Part shown: positions 1-8,653 of the stretch, in pieces
Layout of the letters: every line of letters starts with the position of its first letter
Position numbering within the stretch: position 1 is the first letter of the stretch
From: an uncultured Oscillospiraceae bacterium
GTDB taxonomy: Bacteria; Bacillota; Clostridia; Christensenellales; CAG-138
DNA length: 53,949 nucleotides
Direction: 5' to 3'
NCBI GenBank assembly: GCA_964571055.1
Contig: CAZNAL010000001.1
Coordinates: 33,649 to 87,597, forward strand
Notes under the pieces: generated by a model
What the model was told of the DNA's origin: nothing
Database searches by the model: none
What the model saw: the letters and a program-made list of their open reading frames with translations, nothing else
Made by a program: the position numbers and the translations under genes

Positions 1-173
1 ACGCCGGCATTTGCATGATGTTTTGTAATCCTTTTACCGCGGTGAGTTCACTATTTGCAATGACGATGCTGCATTGCCAGATATTGCAGGAAGAAAAGTA
101 TTTGGCGGCGGCTTTTGGCGAGCCCTATCTATCATATAAAGCGCGTGTGCACCGGTATATCGGCAGAAAATGA
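1..173 (+). CDS. C-terminal fragment, truncated by the window edge, of an isoprenylcysteine carboxyl methyltransferase / phospholipid methyltransferase-family membrane protein
   Basis: Frame 3 reads ...LHCQILQEEKYLAAAFGEPYLSYKARVHRYIGRK and ends at TGA 171-173. The EEK.L...FG..Y..Y...V.R pattern matches the conserved ICMT/PEMT C-terminus. It is missing from the ORF track only because no Met lies inside the window. Confidence 0.55.
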   Translation, partial: AGICMMFCNPFTAVSSLFAMTMLHCQILQEEKYLAAAFGEPYLSYKARVHRYIGRK

Positions 174-240
174 TTTTTCGGATGTAATATAGAAGCTTTC
201 GGCCATGGGCCTTCAAAACACATTTCTATGGGTACTCGAA

Positions 241-266
241 AAGAACGTCCGCGCGCAGACGTTCTT
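241..266 (-). terminator. Intrinsic terminator downstream of the ABC permease gene
   Basis: 9-bp stem aagaacgtc/gacgttctt with an 8-nt loop. On the minus strand it is followed by TTTTCG, and it lies 40 nt past the stop at 308. Confidence 0.55.
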
Positions 267-307
267 TGAAAAGCGCGGCTTTCACTGCGCGAAGCTCTAT
301 TTAACCC

Positions 308-1684
308 TTAGCGCCTGTCCCTGTCAATCGACTCCAGAGAAAGCACCGAGAGGACGGCGAAAGCGAGAATGAAGCAGACAAGGCTGAACCAGCAGTCCAG
401 CACATTATCAACGCTACGATCATACGCCGGAATTCGACTGCCTTTCGCGGCGTCTTGCGTAAGCATCGTCCTTAGCCGCGCTTCTCCGATGATATCGATC
501 AACTGCCCGACTGTGAACTCCACGGTAACGCTCTGCGCACGCAGCTTCTGTATATCCGGGTCGCCGGCAATGGAATCGATCACGTCGCCAAGCGTCACCT
601 TTTGACCGAACGAATAGTCCTTGAGATCCTCCATCAGCGTATCCAATTTCATCTGATGTAAAGCCTCACCCACCGTAATCACGGTGTTGTTCTGTTTTCC
701 TACAGGGTTTGTTTCGGCGGCCGGATCAAAATCCGGGCCTACGTCCACCTTTTTTGTTAGAAGCGCCTTCCATGATTCGGACTTTTGAAGATCCTCCCAG
801 ACCTCTCCGACGCTGGAGCTGTCTCCTATTTTTATCGCGCGTAATGGCCGGCCGATCTCATTGCTGTCGTCGGACAGAAAATCCAGCGCCTGACCGAGCG
901 TTACGACGCCGCTGATCTGCTTGCTCTTTGCATTTTGCACCATATTCCACGCCGACATCATCGGCTTGTTATTATAGTCCGCTTGGGCGGCGATGCAGGT
1001 AATGCCGTGTTTGGAAATCGTAAAGTTTGACACGGGCTTACACCATGTCGGTAAACTGAAGATGCCGCCGGAGAACACCAGCTGGAAAATAAGAAGAAAA
1101 GGCATCACGGTCATGGCCGCGGTGGTGGTACGCGCGAGGCTGGATACAAAGAGGGAAAGCATATCCGACGCGTAGGTAATCAGGAAAACCGTAATGCCCA
1201 TATCGAGCATAAAGAACGGCGTTATGAACCCCGCCTTCGGGAACTGCACGCCCATCATAGAACAGACATACAGCGTTAGAATCGTTTGTGCCAGGCACAG
1301 CAGCGCCTGATAGAGCATGTGCGAAAGAATATAGGAGGAGATATGCATGCCGGAGCGATGTTCGCGCTTGATGATGCCTCTTTCACGGCAGATCACCTGA
1401 ATGGAATTAAAGCCGCCGTTCCATATCCCAACACAGCATAAAGCGAAAGCGCCTGTAAACGTGCCTTCCCGAGTGATGAAGAAACTATATTTTACGACCA
1501 TCGATACCAAAGCGGCGATCAGCGCCGCCATGGGCAGCACCTTCCAGTCGTTCTGATAGACGAACATGCGCAGCAATTTGCCAAAGATAAAGGAAACCTG
1601 TGACAAGCGCCCGCGGTGAAGTACCTTCCTTCGCCGCGTAGTAGGCGTAGTAGGGGATACCGTTTGATTGACGATTTCAGGCAT
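308..1684 (-). CDS. ABC-2/ABCG-type transporter permease with a large hydrophilic loop of about 210 aa before the last TM helix
   Basis: The ATG at 1684 overlaps the ATPase stop (ATGCCTGA, 8-nt overlap), which indicates translational coupling. The protein has multiple hydrophobic helices and a long hydrophilic insert (residues about 240-440) ahead of the final TM (CWFSLVCFILAFAVLSVLSL). Confidence 0.85.
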   Translation of the reverse strand: MPEIVNQTVSPTTPTTRRRKVLHRGRLSQVSFIFGKLLRMFVYQNDWKVLPMAALIAALVSMVVKYSFFITREGTFTGAFALCCVGIWNGGFNSIQVICRERGIIKREHRSGMHISSYILSHMLYQALLCLAQTILTLYVCSMMGVQFPKAGFITPFFMLDMGITVFLITYASDMLSLFVSSLARTTTAAMTVMPFLLIFQLVFSGGIFSLPTWCKPVSNFTISKHGITCIAAQADYNNKPMMSAWNMVQNAKSKQISGVVTLGQALDFLSDDSNEIGRPLRAIKIGDSSSVGEVWEDLQKSESWKALLTKKVDVGPDFDPAAETNPVGKQNNTVITVGEALHQMKLDTLMEDLKDYSFGQKVTLGDVIDSIAGDPDIQKLRAQSVTVEFTVGQLIDIIGEARLRTMLTQDAAKGSRIPAYDRSVDNVLDCWFSLVCFILAFAVLSVLSLESIDRDRR

Positions 1685-3011
1685 GCTGCACCTCCGCGTA
1701 CTTCGCAATGAACGCATCCGCAAGACCTTCGCCGCCTTCTTCCTTGCGGTTGATGCTCATAACGATCTGTTCCATTTTTTCTTTGCCAAAGAAGGCCTTC
1801 GCTTGTTCAACAGGACCAAAGAACGCCAAGCGTCCCGTGCGGCTGCCATCCTTGGCGAGCACGATCACATCGTCAAACAGATCGACGACACGGTCGGGCG
1901 TATGGGTGATGACGATGACGATCTTACCTTGATCGGCGATTTTGCGCAGTTGTTCCATCAGATCCCGCGCCATCACACCGTCCAAGCCGGAATCCGGCTC
2001 ATCCAGAATGAACAGGGAAGGGTTGGAGATAAACTCCATCGCGATCGAAATACGCTTTTTCTGCCCGCCGGACAGCTTTTCTATTAAGCTGTTCTTGACG
2101 GGCGTCAGGCCGAAGATTTCCATCACCTGTTCGACCCGCTGCTTCCTGTCCGCACCGGAAATGTCGGTGGGCAGCCGCAGCAAGGATTCGTCCAGCAGCG
2201 TATGAAGCACGGTGTCCTTGCCCCGTATCAGCTCCTGCTGCGGCACAAATCCGATTTCATACTGCATTTTTTTGTAGTTAGCGTATACGTCGCTACCGTT
2301 GAGCTGCACCTTGGCCTTTGCCTTCTCATACCCGTTCACGGCGTTGAGAAACGTCGTTTTGCCCGCGCCGGAGCCGCCCAATAGCAGCACCATATGTCCG
2401 GGCTGGATGCGCATGTGAATATCCCGAAGAAGATATTTTTTCCGGAAGAAGTCAAGGACAGTGCGTTCTTCCAAATTGATCGTCAGACCGTCGCCCATCG
2501 CTTCCACGCTTTTGCCGGAGAAAATGGCGACGGAATCGCGCCGGATATCCTCCGCTTTCCACTTTGGCTGGTATTTTTTGCTGTAGCCCCAAAGCATCGA
2601 CGGCAGTGCATGGATCAGGATCCACAAAAATATCCACCGGTTACGAACCCCATACACTTCGACAAGTCCGTCATACACACGGATCGAGTAGACGAGCCGG
2701 ATGATGGAGATCACCAAGGCAACCACGCCGATCATCACTGTAGCGGTTGGCGGGATTTTCATGGTGGGGTCGATCAAATTCAGCAGGAGCAGTATAAACG
2801 AGAGCACGCTGGTCACGCGTCCCTCTGCTTCACGCCCCGCGCAGACTGCCAGCTTATAATCGCGAACGCAGGGGATCAGCGCCCACCAGCTTGGGATATT
2901 CGACTTTTTAAACATCCCCCACAAGCCCGCGATATACAATGCTTCAAGGATTGCCATGCGCCATTCGTTCGTATCAAAGAGCAGGATCAAGATGATCGAT
3001 AGTATATTCAT
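1677..3011 (-). CDS. ABC transporter ATP-binding protein with an N-terminal 4-TM membrane domain
   Basis: Walker A GGSGAGKTT, ABC signature LSGGQKKR and Walker B LFILDEPDSGLD are present. The N-terminal ~160 aa is hydrophobic and carries GLWGMFKKSNIPSWWALIP, which resembles DUF5684-type domains (from memory, not verified). AAGGGA lies 8 nt upstream of the ATG. Confidence 0.9.
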   Translation of the reverse strand: MNILSIILILLFDTNEWRMAILEALYIAGLWGMFKKSNIPSWWALIPCVRDYKLAVCAGREAEGRVTSVLSFILLLLNLIDPTMKIPPTATVMIGVVALVISIIRLVYSIRVYDGLVEVYGVRNRWIFLWILIHALPSMLWGYSKKYQPKWKAEDIRRDSVAIFSGKSVEAMGDGLTINLEERTVLDFFRKKYLLRDIHMRIQPGHMVLLLGGSGAGKTTFLNAVNGYEKAKAKVQLNGSDVYANYKKMQYEIGFVPQQELIRGKDTVLHTLLDESLLRLPTDISGADRKQRVEQVMEIFGLTPVKNSLIEKLSGGQKKRISIAMEFISNPSLFILDEPDSGLDGVMARDLMEQLRKIADQGKIVIVITHTPDRVVDLFDDVIVLAKDGSRTGRLAFFGPVEQAKAFFGKEKMEQIVMSINRKEEGGEGLADAFIAKYAEVQHA

Positions 3012-3115
3012 GCATTCTATCCCTTCGTGAAATGGATTTTAAGATCACACTGTGCCATTTTCCGCCGAAATAAGCCGCCGCCGGCAGATCATGACGCTTC
3101 GCCTCGCTTATCTTT

Positions 3116-4438
3116 TTACGCCAAAAGCGCCATGCAATAGATCATTGCGGAATTCCAGTAGATGGTCACCTCGTTGGTGGAATAGCTCATGGTATCATCT
3201 ATATAGCATTCCGCGGGGGCGCGTCCGGTCAAATGCGCCTGTGCGCAGGGATCGTGCAGTCCGGCGTCCGGCCCGCCGACCAGCATGCCGGGCATCGGCG
3301 TATTCGCGGCGACCGACGGGCGATGGTGCGGATGCAGGGGCGAATGTGCGCAATGTCCGGTCACATAGCACATGGATAAGGGGTTTTCACCCAGCAGATA
3401 GGCATAATGCCGCTGCGCCGCAGAAAGATAGCGCGGATTCGCCGTGAAGCGGTACGCTTCGCCAAGGAGAATGGCATTGTTCGCCAAATACATATTGCTG
3501 CCCCAAAGAAACTCCCCCGCAAGTGAAATACAATTGGGATCGCTTTCGGAAAGCGAAGCTAGACGGTCCGCTTCCGTAAGCAGGCGGGATCGCATTTTTT
3601 GATAGAGCGAGCAGGAAGGACTTGCGCCGTTCAGTATTGCCAAGCATCCATAGCCCGCCATATCCGCCCAGCCGAGCCGCAGCGGAAGATCATCTCCGGA
3701 CAGCGCCTCCGCTTGCCGCGCATAGCAGGTCTCGCCTGTTGCCGCGAACAAGGCTGCCGATGCATAAAAGCGCTCGTCCGCATCGTTTGCATCGTCGTAC
3801 TCGCCTGTAACGATCGCCGGCGGATTATGGAAGGGGATCGGTTTTGCATGCTGTAAAAAATCATAAGCGCGCTTGCCTGCCGCAAGGCATGCATCCGCGA
3901 ACGTTTGGTCAAAGGGCTTGTATGCGCTGTACGCCATCGCCATGATACCGGCAAAATCGCCCGTCGCCGCCGTGGAAACAGGTGAAATAATCAGTGGCTC
4001 CGTTTCTTCATCCGGCTGAATAAAACCGCAGAAATTCGCACAACTCACCTTATGGAATACGGCGCCGTCCTCCCGCTGCATTTTGAAAAGCCAAAAAAGC
4101 TCATAACGCGCTTCGTTCAGAACATCCGGCATGTCGTTTCCGCTCTCCGGGATTTGCAGGCTTTCTGTAAACAGCGAAGGCGCGGTTTGGTATGCAAGCA
4201 GCAGATCGGCGACCGCTTTTGCGGCAGGTACGGTGTAGCGTCCGTAATCGCCCGCGTCGTGCCAGCCGCCGCTGACGTCCCTTTCTTCGTTGGTTCCGTA
4301 CACGCAAGCCTTATCCGTATGGCATGCCTTATGTGTAAATACGCCCGCGTCCGCTTCGGGCAGCGCGCAGCCACAGCGCTGTAAATAGAAGAAACGCAGC
4401 AAGTCCCGCAGCAGCTTTTGGTCCATCTGATGTTCCAT
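3116..4438 (-). CDS. Glycoside hydrolase family 9 (endoglucanase/cellodextrinase-like), catalytic domain only, no signal peptide
   Basis: The GH9 motifs GGWHDAGDYGRY, HHRPS and STNEVTIYWNSA are present. GGGAGG lies 5 nt upstream of the ATG. The N-terminus MEHQMDQKLLRDLLRFF is not hydrophobic. Confidence 0.9.
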   Translation of the reverse strand: MEHQMDQKLLRDLLRFFYLQRCGCALPEADAGVFTHKACHTDKACVYGTNEERDVSGGWHDAGDYGRYTVPAAKAVADLLLAYQTAPSLFTESLQIPESGNDMPDVLNEARYELFWLFKMQREDGAVFHKVSCANFCGFIQPDEETEPLIISPVSTAATGDFAGIMAMAYSAYKPFDQTFADACLAAGKRAYDFLQHAKPIPFHNPPAIVTGEYDDANDADERFYASAALFAATGETCYARQAEALSGDDLPLRLGWADMAGYGCLAILNGASPSCSLYQKMRSRLLTEADRLASLSESDPNCISLAGEFLWGSNMYLANNAILLGEAYRFTANPRYLSAAQRHYAYLLGENPLSMCYVTGHCAHSPLHPHHRPSVAANTPMPGMLVGGPDAGLHDPCAQAHLTGRAPAECYIDDTMSYSTNEVTIYWNSAMIYCMALLA

Positions 4439-4626
4439 GAAGTCCTCCCAATATTCAGTGTGATTTCATACGATCATGCTTTTCCGGTTTCCGGATCATC
4501 TGACGCCTGCATTAAAATATACATATCGTTAACAGGACAGCATGGGTGTGCTTCCCATTATACCCAAACTTTAGTGTAGCGTTTTTTTACGTGCGCGTCA
4601 ATTCAAGACAAAACGAAAAACAACGA

Positions 4627-4655
4627 TTGACATAGTGGGAATGAATGCTTATAAT
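4627..4655 (+). promoter_or_regulatory. Consensus sigma-A promoter for the TetR-esterase pair
   Basis: TTGACA (4627-4632), a 17-nt spacer and TATAAT (4650-4655), about 45 nt upstream of the TetR ATG. Confidence 0.6.
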
Positions 4656-4663
4656 GATATTGA

Positions 4664-4679
4664 TTGAATAATCATTCAA
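4664..4679. promoter_or_regulatory. Candidate TetR operator (inverted repeat)
   Basis: TTGAAT-aatc-ATTCAA is a perfect 6-4-6 palindrome. It sits immediately downstream of the -10 box and upstream of the SD. Confidence 0.4.
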
Positions 4680-4699
4680 CAATAAAAGAGGTGAATCAC

Positions 4700-5311
4700 A
4701 TGCCACGAAATCTGCAGCAAAACGAACAGGCACGCGAAACCCGAATGGAGCAGATCCGCATGGAAGCGCTGCGCCAGTTTGCGATGAATGGCCTGGCTGC
4801 GACACGCATACAGGATATTGCAAATGGCGTAGGCATGGCGCAGGGGCTCTTATATCACTACTATCCCTCCAAGGATTCGATCTATATCGATCTTATCAAG
4901 GACGCATTGGATAGAACGGTCGAGGCGGGCCTTGCTCTAAAGGCTAGGGACATATCTGCAGCGGAGAAAATCGATATTGCGCTGCGCGAACTGTTCCATA
5001 CCATTGAAACGAGCGAACGCTTCGCCCAAACCTGTTGTCTGATCGCCCAAATGGGAAAAATCGTGCGCACGGGAGCGGATAACGAGTTTATTGAACAGAA
5101 AAGAAATGAGCCCTATAGGATCGTAGCAGACATGATGCGGCAGGGGCAAGCGGAGGGCAGTCTAGTAAAGGGGAGTGCAGATGCACTTTCCCTGATGTTC
5201 TGGTCTATGGTCAACGGTTTGGCGATCTACCGCGTTTCCCATGCTTATGTGGGGCCGATGCCGGAGTACCGGCTGTTTATGGCAATGTTCCTTGCAAAAT
5301 CGGAAGTATAG
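4700..5311 (+). CDS. TetR/AcrR family transcriptional regulator
   Basis: The N-terminal HTH is RIQDIANGVGMAQGLLYHYYPSKDSIY. The start was moved to the ATG at 4700, which has GAGGTG 6 nt upstream. Confidence 0.9.
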   Translation: MPRNLQQNEQARETRMEQIRMEALRQFAMNGLAATRIQDIANGVGMAQGLLYHYYPSKDSIYIDLIKDALDRTVEAGLALKARDISAAEKIDIALRELFHTIETSERFAQTCCLIAQMGKIVRTGADNEFIEQKRNEPYRIVADMMRQGQAEGSLVKGSADALSLMFWSMVNGLAIYRVSHAYVGPMPEYRLFMAMFLAKSEV

Positions 5312-5321
5312 AAAGAAGGTA

Positions 5322-6251
5322 ATGGACATGATAAGCTTCAAAGCCCGGCTGATGCGCGCTTTCATGCGCAACCGGCATTTGTTAAAGGGAAAGCTCACGC
5401 CGCAGACGATTGACCAAAGCACCTCCATTGAGGAGTTGCGGACGAGTACGGAGGAGACGGCCAAACGCATGGTTAAGCCAATAGCCGGCGTTTCGTTTCA
5501 ACCGGCGGAGGGTGCGCCTGTTTATGCGGAATGGGCCAAGCCGCAGGCGTGCAATACAGAAGACATGGTGCTATACTTTCACGGCGGCGGTTTTGTCACG
5601 GGCAGTGCACGTTCCCATCGCGGTATTGTCGGTAACTTTGTGAAGCGTCTTGGTATAAAGGCATTGGTATTTGATTATCGTCTTGCGCCTGAATATCCCG
5701 CGCCTGCGGCGGCTTTCGACGGTGCGGCGATGTATCGCTATGTGCTTAGCTTGGGTTATTCGCCTTCGCACATCGTGTTTGCAGGGGACTCATCCGGCGG
5801 CGGCATTGCGCTTTCTACCCTTCTGATGCTTAAAGATGAGGGGGCGCCTATGCCAGCTGCCTGCGTTGTGTTTTCCCCCTGCACGGATGCGACGCTTTCC
5901 GGCAGCTCCCATAGAACCCGCCTCAGGGCAGATCCTTGTACGCCAAAGGGTGCGAATGAGACCTATCTTGGCTATTATGTAGGCGGCGAAGATGCAACGC
6001 ATCCGTATGCTTCCCCTCTGTTTGGAGAGCTGGAGGGTCTACCTCCGCTGATGATACAGGTAGGGGACGCGGAAACGCTGCTCGATGATTCCGTAAGGAT
6101 GGCAAAAAAAGCCGCAGAAGCCGATATCGAAGTGCACCTGCATGTATGGGAAGGGCTCTTTCACTGCTTCCCTCTGCTTGCGCCTATGTTTTGCGAGGCA
6201 ACACAGGCAATGGATGAAGTCTGCGCGTTCGTGCATAAGAAGTTAGCATAG
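5322..6251 (+). CDS. Alpha/beta hydrolase, hormone-sensitive-lipase (family IV) type esterase
   Basis: Oxyanion motif HGGGF, nucleophile elbow GDSSGG, and a C-terminal acid/His region (LLDDS ... FHCF). The start is at ATG 5322 after GAAAGAAGG. It lies 10 nt downstream of the TetR stop. Confidence 0.85.
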   Translation: MDMISFKARLMRAFMRNRHLLKGKLTPQTIDQSTSIEELRTSTEETAKRMVKPIAGVSFQPAEGAPVYAEWAKPQACNTEDMVLYFHGGGFVTGSARSHRGIVGNFVKRLGIKALVFDYRLAPEYPAPAAAFDGAAMYRYVLSLGYSPSHIVFAGDSSGGGIALSTLLMLKDEGAPMPAACVVFSPCTDATLSGSSHRTRLRADPCTPKGANETYLGYYVGGEDATHPYASPLFGELEGLPPLMIQVGDAETLLDDSVRMAKKAAEADIEVHLHVWEGLFHCFPLLAPMFCEATQAMDEVCAFVHKKLA

Positions 6252-6409
6252 ATAAGCGGCTTGGCCGTTTTATTGCGCAGTTGCACGGTGCGACGGAACG
6301 TCTTTTCCCTGCGGCAGTTATGGCTCCCGCAGTTTCGGACGATGCAGAAGGGTTTACAACCGCAGCGAAAACGGATACGATGAGAAAAACAGATTTGCAG
6401 AGGTAGATC

Positions 6410-7471
6410 ATGCCAAAGGAACTGTCTCAAATGACGGTAGAGGAGTTGTGGAAGCTATTCCCTATATGCCTTACTGCGTACAAAGACGAGTGGGCTGCTT
6501 GGTATGATGAAGAGGAAAAACGCATAGCCGGATTCCTGCATATGGGAGACGTGCGGATTCACCATATCGGAAGCACGGCTGTCCATGCAATATGGGCAAA
6601 GCCTATCGTGGATATTTTGCTTGAGATACCAAACGCCAGCTCCATGGAAAAAGTGAAGGCCATGCTGATCAAGAACGGATATATTTGTATGTCGGAATCC
6701 GCTTGCAGAAAATCCTTCAACAAAGGGTATACAAACGAAGGATTTGCCGATAGGGTCTTTCACTTGCATCTGCGGTTTTACGGCGACAACGACGAGCTGT
6801 ACTTCCGGGATTACCTGAATGACGATCCCGCTGTCGCCAAAGAATACGAGGCGCTGAAGCTTTCGCTCTGGAGAAAGTTCGAGCATAACCGCGATGCGTA
6901 TACCGACGCCAAAACCGATTTCATCAAGGAATACACGGCAAAGGCAAAGAAGAAGTACAAAAACCGTTATGCCAACGTTGAAAAAACCGGAATTTGCGAG
7001 AGAAAGATGATAACAATAAAGAGACTGATTCTTTCCGCTGCAACCGACGAAGAAATGGAGCAAATGCTTGCTTCGGAAAGCGACGAAGAGATGAAAGCGG
7101 CATACGCCGAAATGCTTAACGGGTGCCGTAAGTATCCCGAAGCGAGGATATGGTATGCATTATGGCTCATGAAATTGGCGGATGCTCCCGATGAAGCAAT
7201 CGGCAGTTTATGCTTCAAAGGCATTTCTTCCGATGGAATCGTTGAAATAGGGTATGGTATAAAGCCCGCGTATGAAGGACAGGGCTATACATCAGAAGCG
7301 GTAAACGCATTGGCGCATTGGGCTATGATGCAGCCGGGCGTGAAACGCGTAGAGGCAGAAACGGATCCGGGAAACATTCCTTCACAAAAAGTCCTGCGAA
7401 ACGCCGGATTCGTGCCTGCGGGTGAAACGGGGGAGGAAGGTCCCCGCTTTGCTTTGACAAGTTCGTTATAG
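6410..7471 (+). CDS. GrpB-family domain fused to a GNAT (RimJ/RimL-like) N-acetyltransferase domain
   Basis: The N-terminal half has the GrpB signature HHIGSTAVHAIWAKPIVDILLEI. The C-terminal half has the GNAT core GYGIKPAYEGQGYTSEAVNALAHWA ... NIPSQKVLRNAGF. Confidence 0.85.
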   Translation: MPKELSQMTVEELWKLFPICLTAYKDEWAAWYDEEEKRIAGFLHMGDVRIHHIGSTAVHAIWAKPIVDILLEIPNASSMEKVKAMLIKNGYICMSESACRKSFNKGYTNEGFADRVFHLHLRFYGDNDELYFRDYLNDDPAVAKEYEALKLSLWRKFEHNRDAYTDAKTDFIKEYTAKAKKKYKNRYANVEKTGICERKMITIKRLILSAATDEEMEQMLASESDEEMKAAYAEMLNGCRKYPEARIWYALWLMKLADAPDEAIGSLCFKGISSDGIVEIGYGIKPAYEGQGYTSEAVNALAHWAMMQPGVKRVEAETDPGNIPSQKVLRNAGFVPAGETGEEGPRFALTSSL

Positions 7472-7661
7472 GAGAAATCAAAAGCACTACACGCCTTTAG
7501 AGTGAATAGAGCGATTCATTCGCAAAAGTACGCCTTGCGGTCTTGTAATCCGTTCTGAGGATTCAGATCCATGCGCTGTGATTTTCACTAAAACTTGTTG
7601 GGGGGGTAAGCTTTGTCTTTGCGCGACGCTGTGTGGGGGACGGTAAGCGCGTCTTTCAGAC

Positions 7662-7733
7662 CTACAGTACAGTTGTTATAAATCGCACCCAGTAAAAGTA
7701 TCGCTGCGATGAAAAGAACGATTTCTTGCTCAT
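7662..7733 (-). CDS. Possible 23-aa small protein (MSKKSFFSSQRYFYWVRFITTVL)
   Basis: The ATG at 7733 is preceded by GGAGGG with a 9-nt spacer. It lies 70 nt downstream of the 7804 gene. There is no homology evidence, so this is speculative. Confidence 0.2.
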   Translation of the reverse strand: MSKKSFFSSQRYFYWVRFITTVL

Positions 7734-7803
7734 GATCCGTGTCCCTCCGATGACAGGGTTGTTGACGGAAGGCGCGTGCTGCACCGGACGAATCCTCCTG
7801 CCC

Positions 7804-8349
7804 TCAGCCGCGTCGCAGTCCGCGCGCCGTTTCGGCTGAGAAATATGCAAGTCCGTCTTGCATGCCGTGCTCCTTTTGCAGCCGCTTTATAAAATGCTGA
7901 TACAGCGTAGCATAATTGATGTTCGCTTTCGGATCGATGAGGGCTGTGCAAATGATAACAAGCACGCCGGATAAGAAAGCAAGACCGCCGACCGCTATCA
8001 GCATGATCTCCAAGCCGCCGTACTTGAACGTATCGTATTGTATGACGCCGCACAGCATAAGCACGCCGATCAGGCACATAAGAAGTCCGATTGCGCCCAG
8101 TACAGCCCAAAGCTTTGCGGCTCCGCGCTGCCTTTCCTTATCGCAGCAACGGCAAAAACCGCCCGTATGCTGCGTGACGTTTCGGTATGTCGTCTGCGTT
8201 TGAACGGTGCTGTAATCGACACGCGCGCTGTTGGAGGAAACGACAGTACCCGTGTAGTATTCCACAGGCGTATACAGGTTGCCGCATATCGGGCAGTGTT
8301 GGTCTATCATACCAAGATTCGGTATCGCGGTTTTCATTTGTTTAGACAT
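7804..8349 (-). CDS. Zinc-ribbon membrane protein (hypothetical)
   Basis: A CPIC...CRCC four-Cys motif is followed by two hydrophobic helices. The ATG at 8349 has AAGGAG 7 nt upstream. The ORF-track start at 8355 is a GTG two codons earlier. Confidence 0.7.
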   Translation of the reverse strand: MSKQMKTAIPNLGMIDQHCPICGNLYTPVEYYTGTVVSSNSARVDYSTVQTQTTYRNVTQHTGGFCRCCDKERQRGAAKLWAVLGAIGLLMCLIGVLMLCGVIQYDTFKYGGLEIMLIAVGGLAFLSGVLVIICTALIDPKANINYATLYQHFIKRLQKEHGMQDGLAYFSAETARGLRRG

Positions 8350-8480
8350 ATGCACGCTCCTTCGCTTGTGACTTTCATTTTACGTTATCAAGCGTTTCCA
8401 ACCTGTTTATCTTCGCTTTTTTCCGTTGTTTTACAAAAACTGTGCGAGCCGACGTAATCGTATCCGTGCTGCTTCTGATA

Positions 8481-8562
8481 AAGTCTCATTGCCCTTTATG
8501 GAAATACAAAAACGAGCACCAATAGGTGCCCGTTTTTGTATTTGGTGCGGCCAATGAGACTT
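8481..8562. repeat. 82-nt nested-palindrome element, copy 1, containing an orphan copy of the tRNA-Leu 3' end
   Basis: The outer arms are aagtctcattg (8481-8491) and caatgagactt (8552-8562). The inner stem is 19 bp (8502-8520 paired with 8525-8543, loop aata) and is flanked by A and T runs, so it can act as a bidirectional terminator. 78 of 82 nt are identical to copy 2. Bases 8543-8562 (tggtgcggccaatgagactt) equal the last 20 nt of the tRNA. Confidence 0.8.
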
Positions 8563-8653
8563 CCGGCGCTGGCGCGCCGCCAGCTCGGGGAACTCAAATC
8601 GCAACACCGTTGCGATTTGCCCTCTGCGAGGTCGTTCCCTTCAAATCTCATTG
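8543..8653 (-). ncRNA. Candidate structured RNA with a tRNA-like 3' end (…CUCAUUGGCCGCACCA), or alternatively a recombination scar
   Basis: On the minus strand, CAATGAGATTT (8653-8643) can pair with AAGTCTCATTG (8562-8552). This closing stem encloses GGGAAC...GTTCCC, a 10-bp hairpin AAATCGCAAC-ggt-GTTGCGATTT and a 7-bp hairpin GCTGGCG-gcg-CGCCAGC. The element is followed by GCCGCACCA and the second terminator. The evidence is structural only. Confidence 0.25.

Noticed and set aside
34-216. A 60-aa minus-strand ORF at the window start.
   Set aside because: It lies antisense to the well-matching C-terminus of an ICMT-family protein on the plus strand, and it has no SD.
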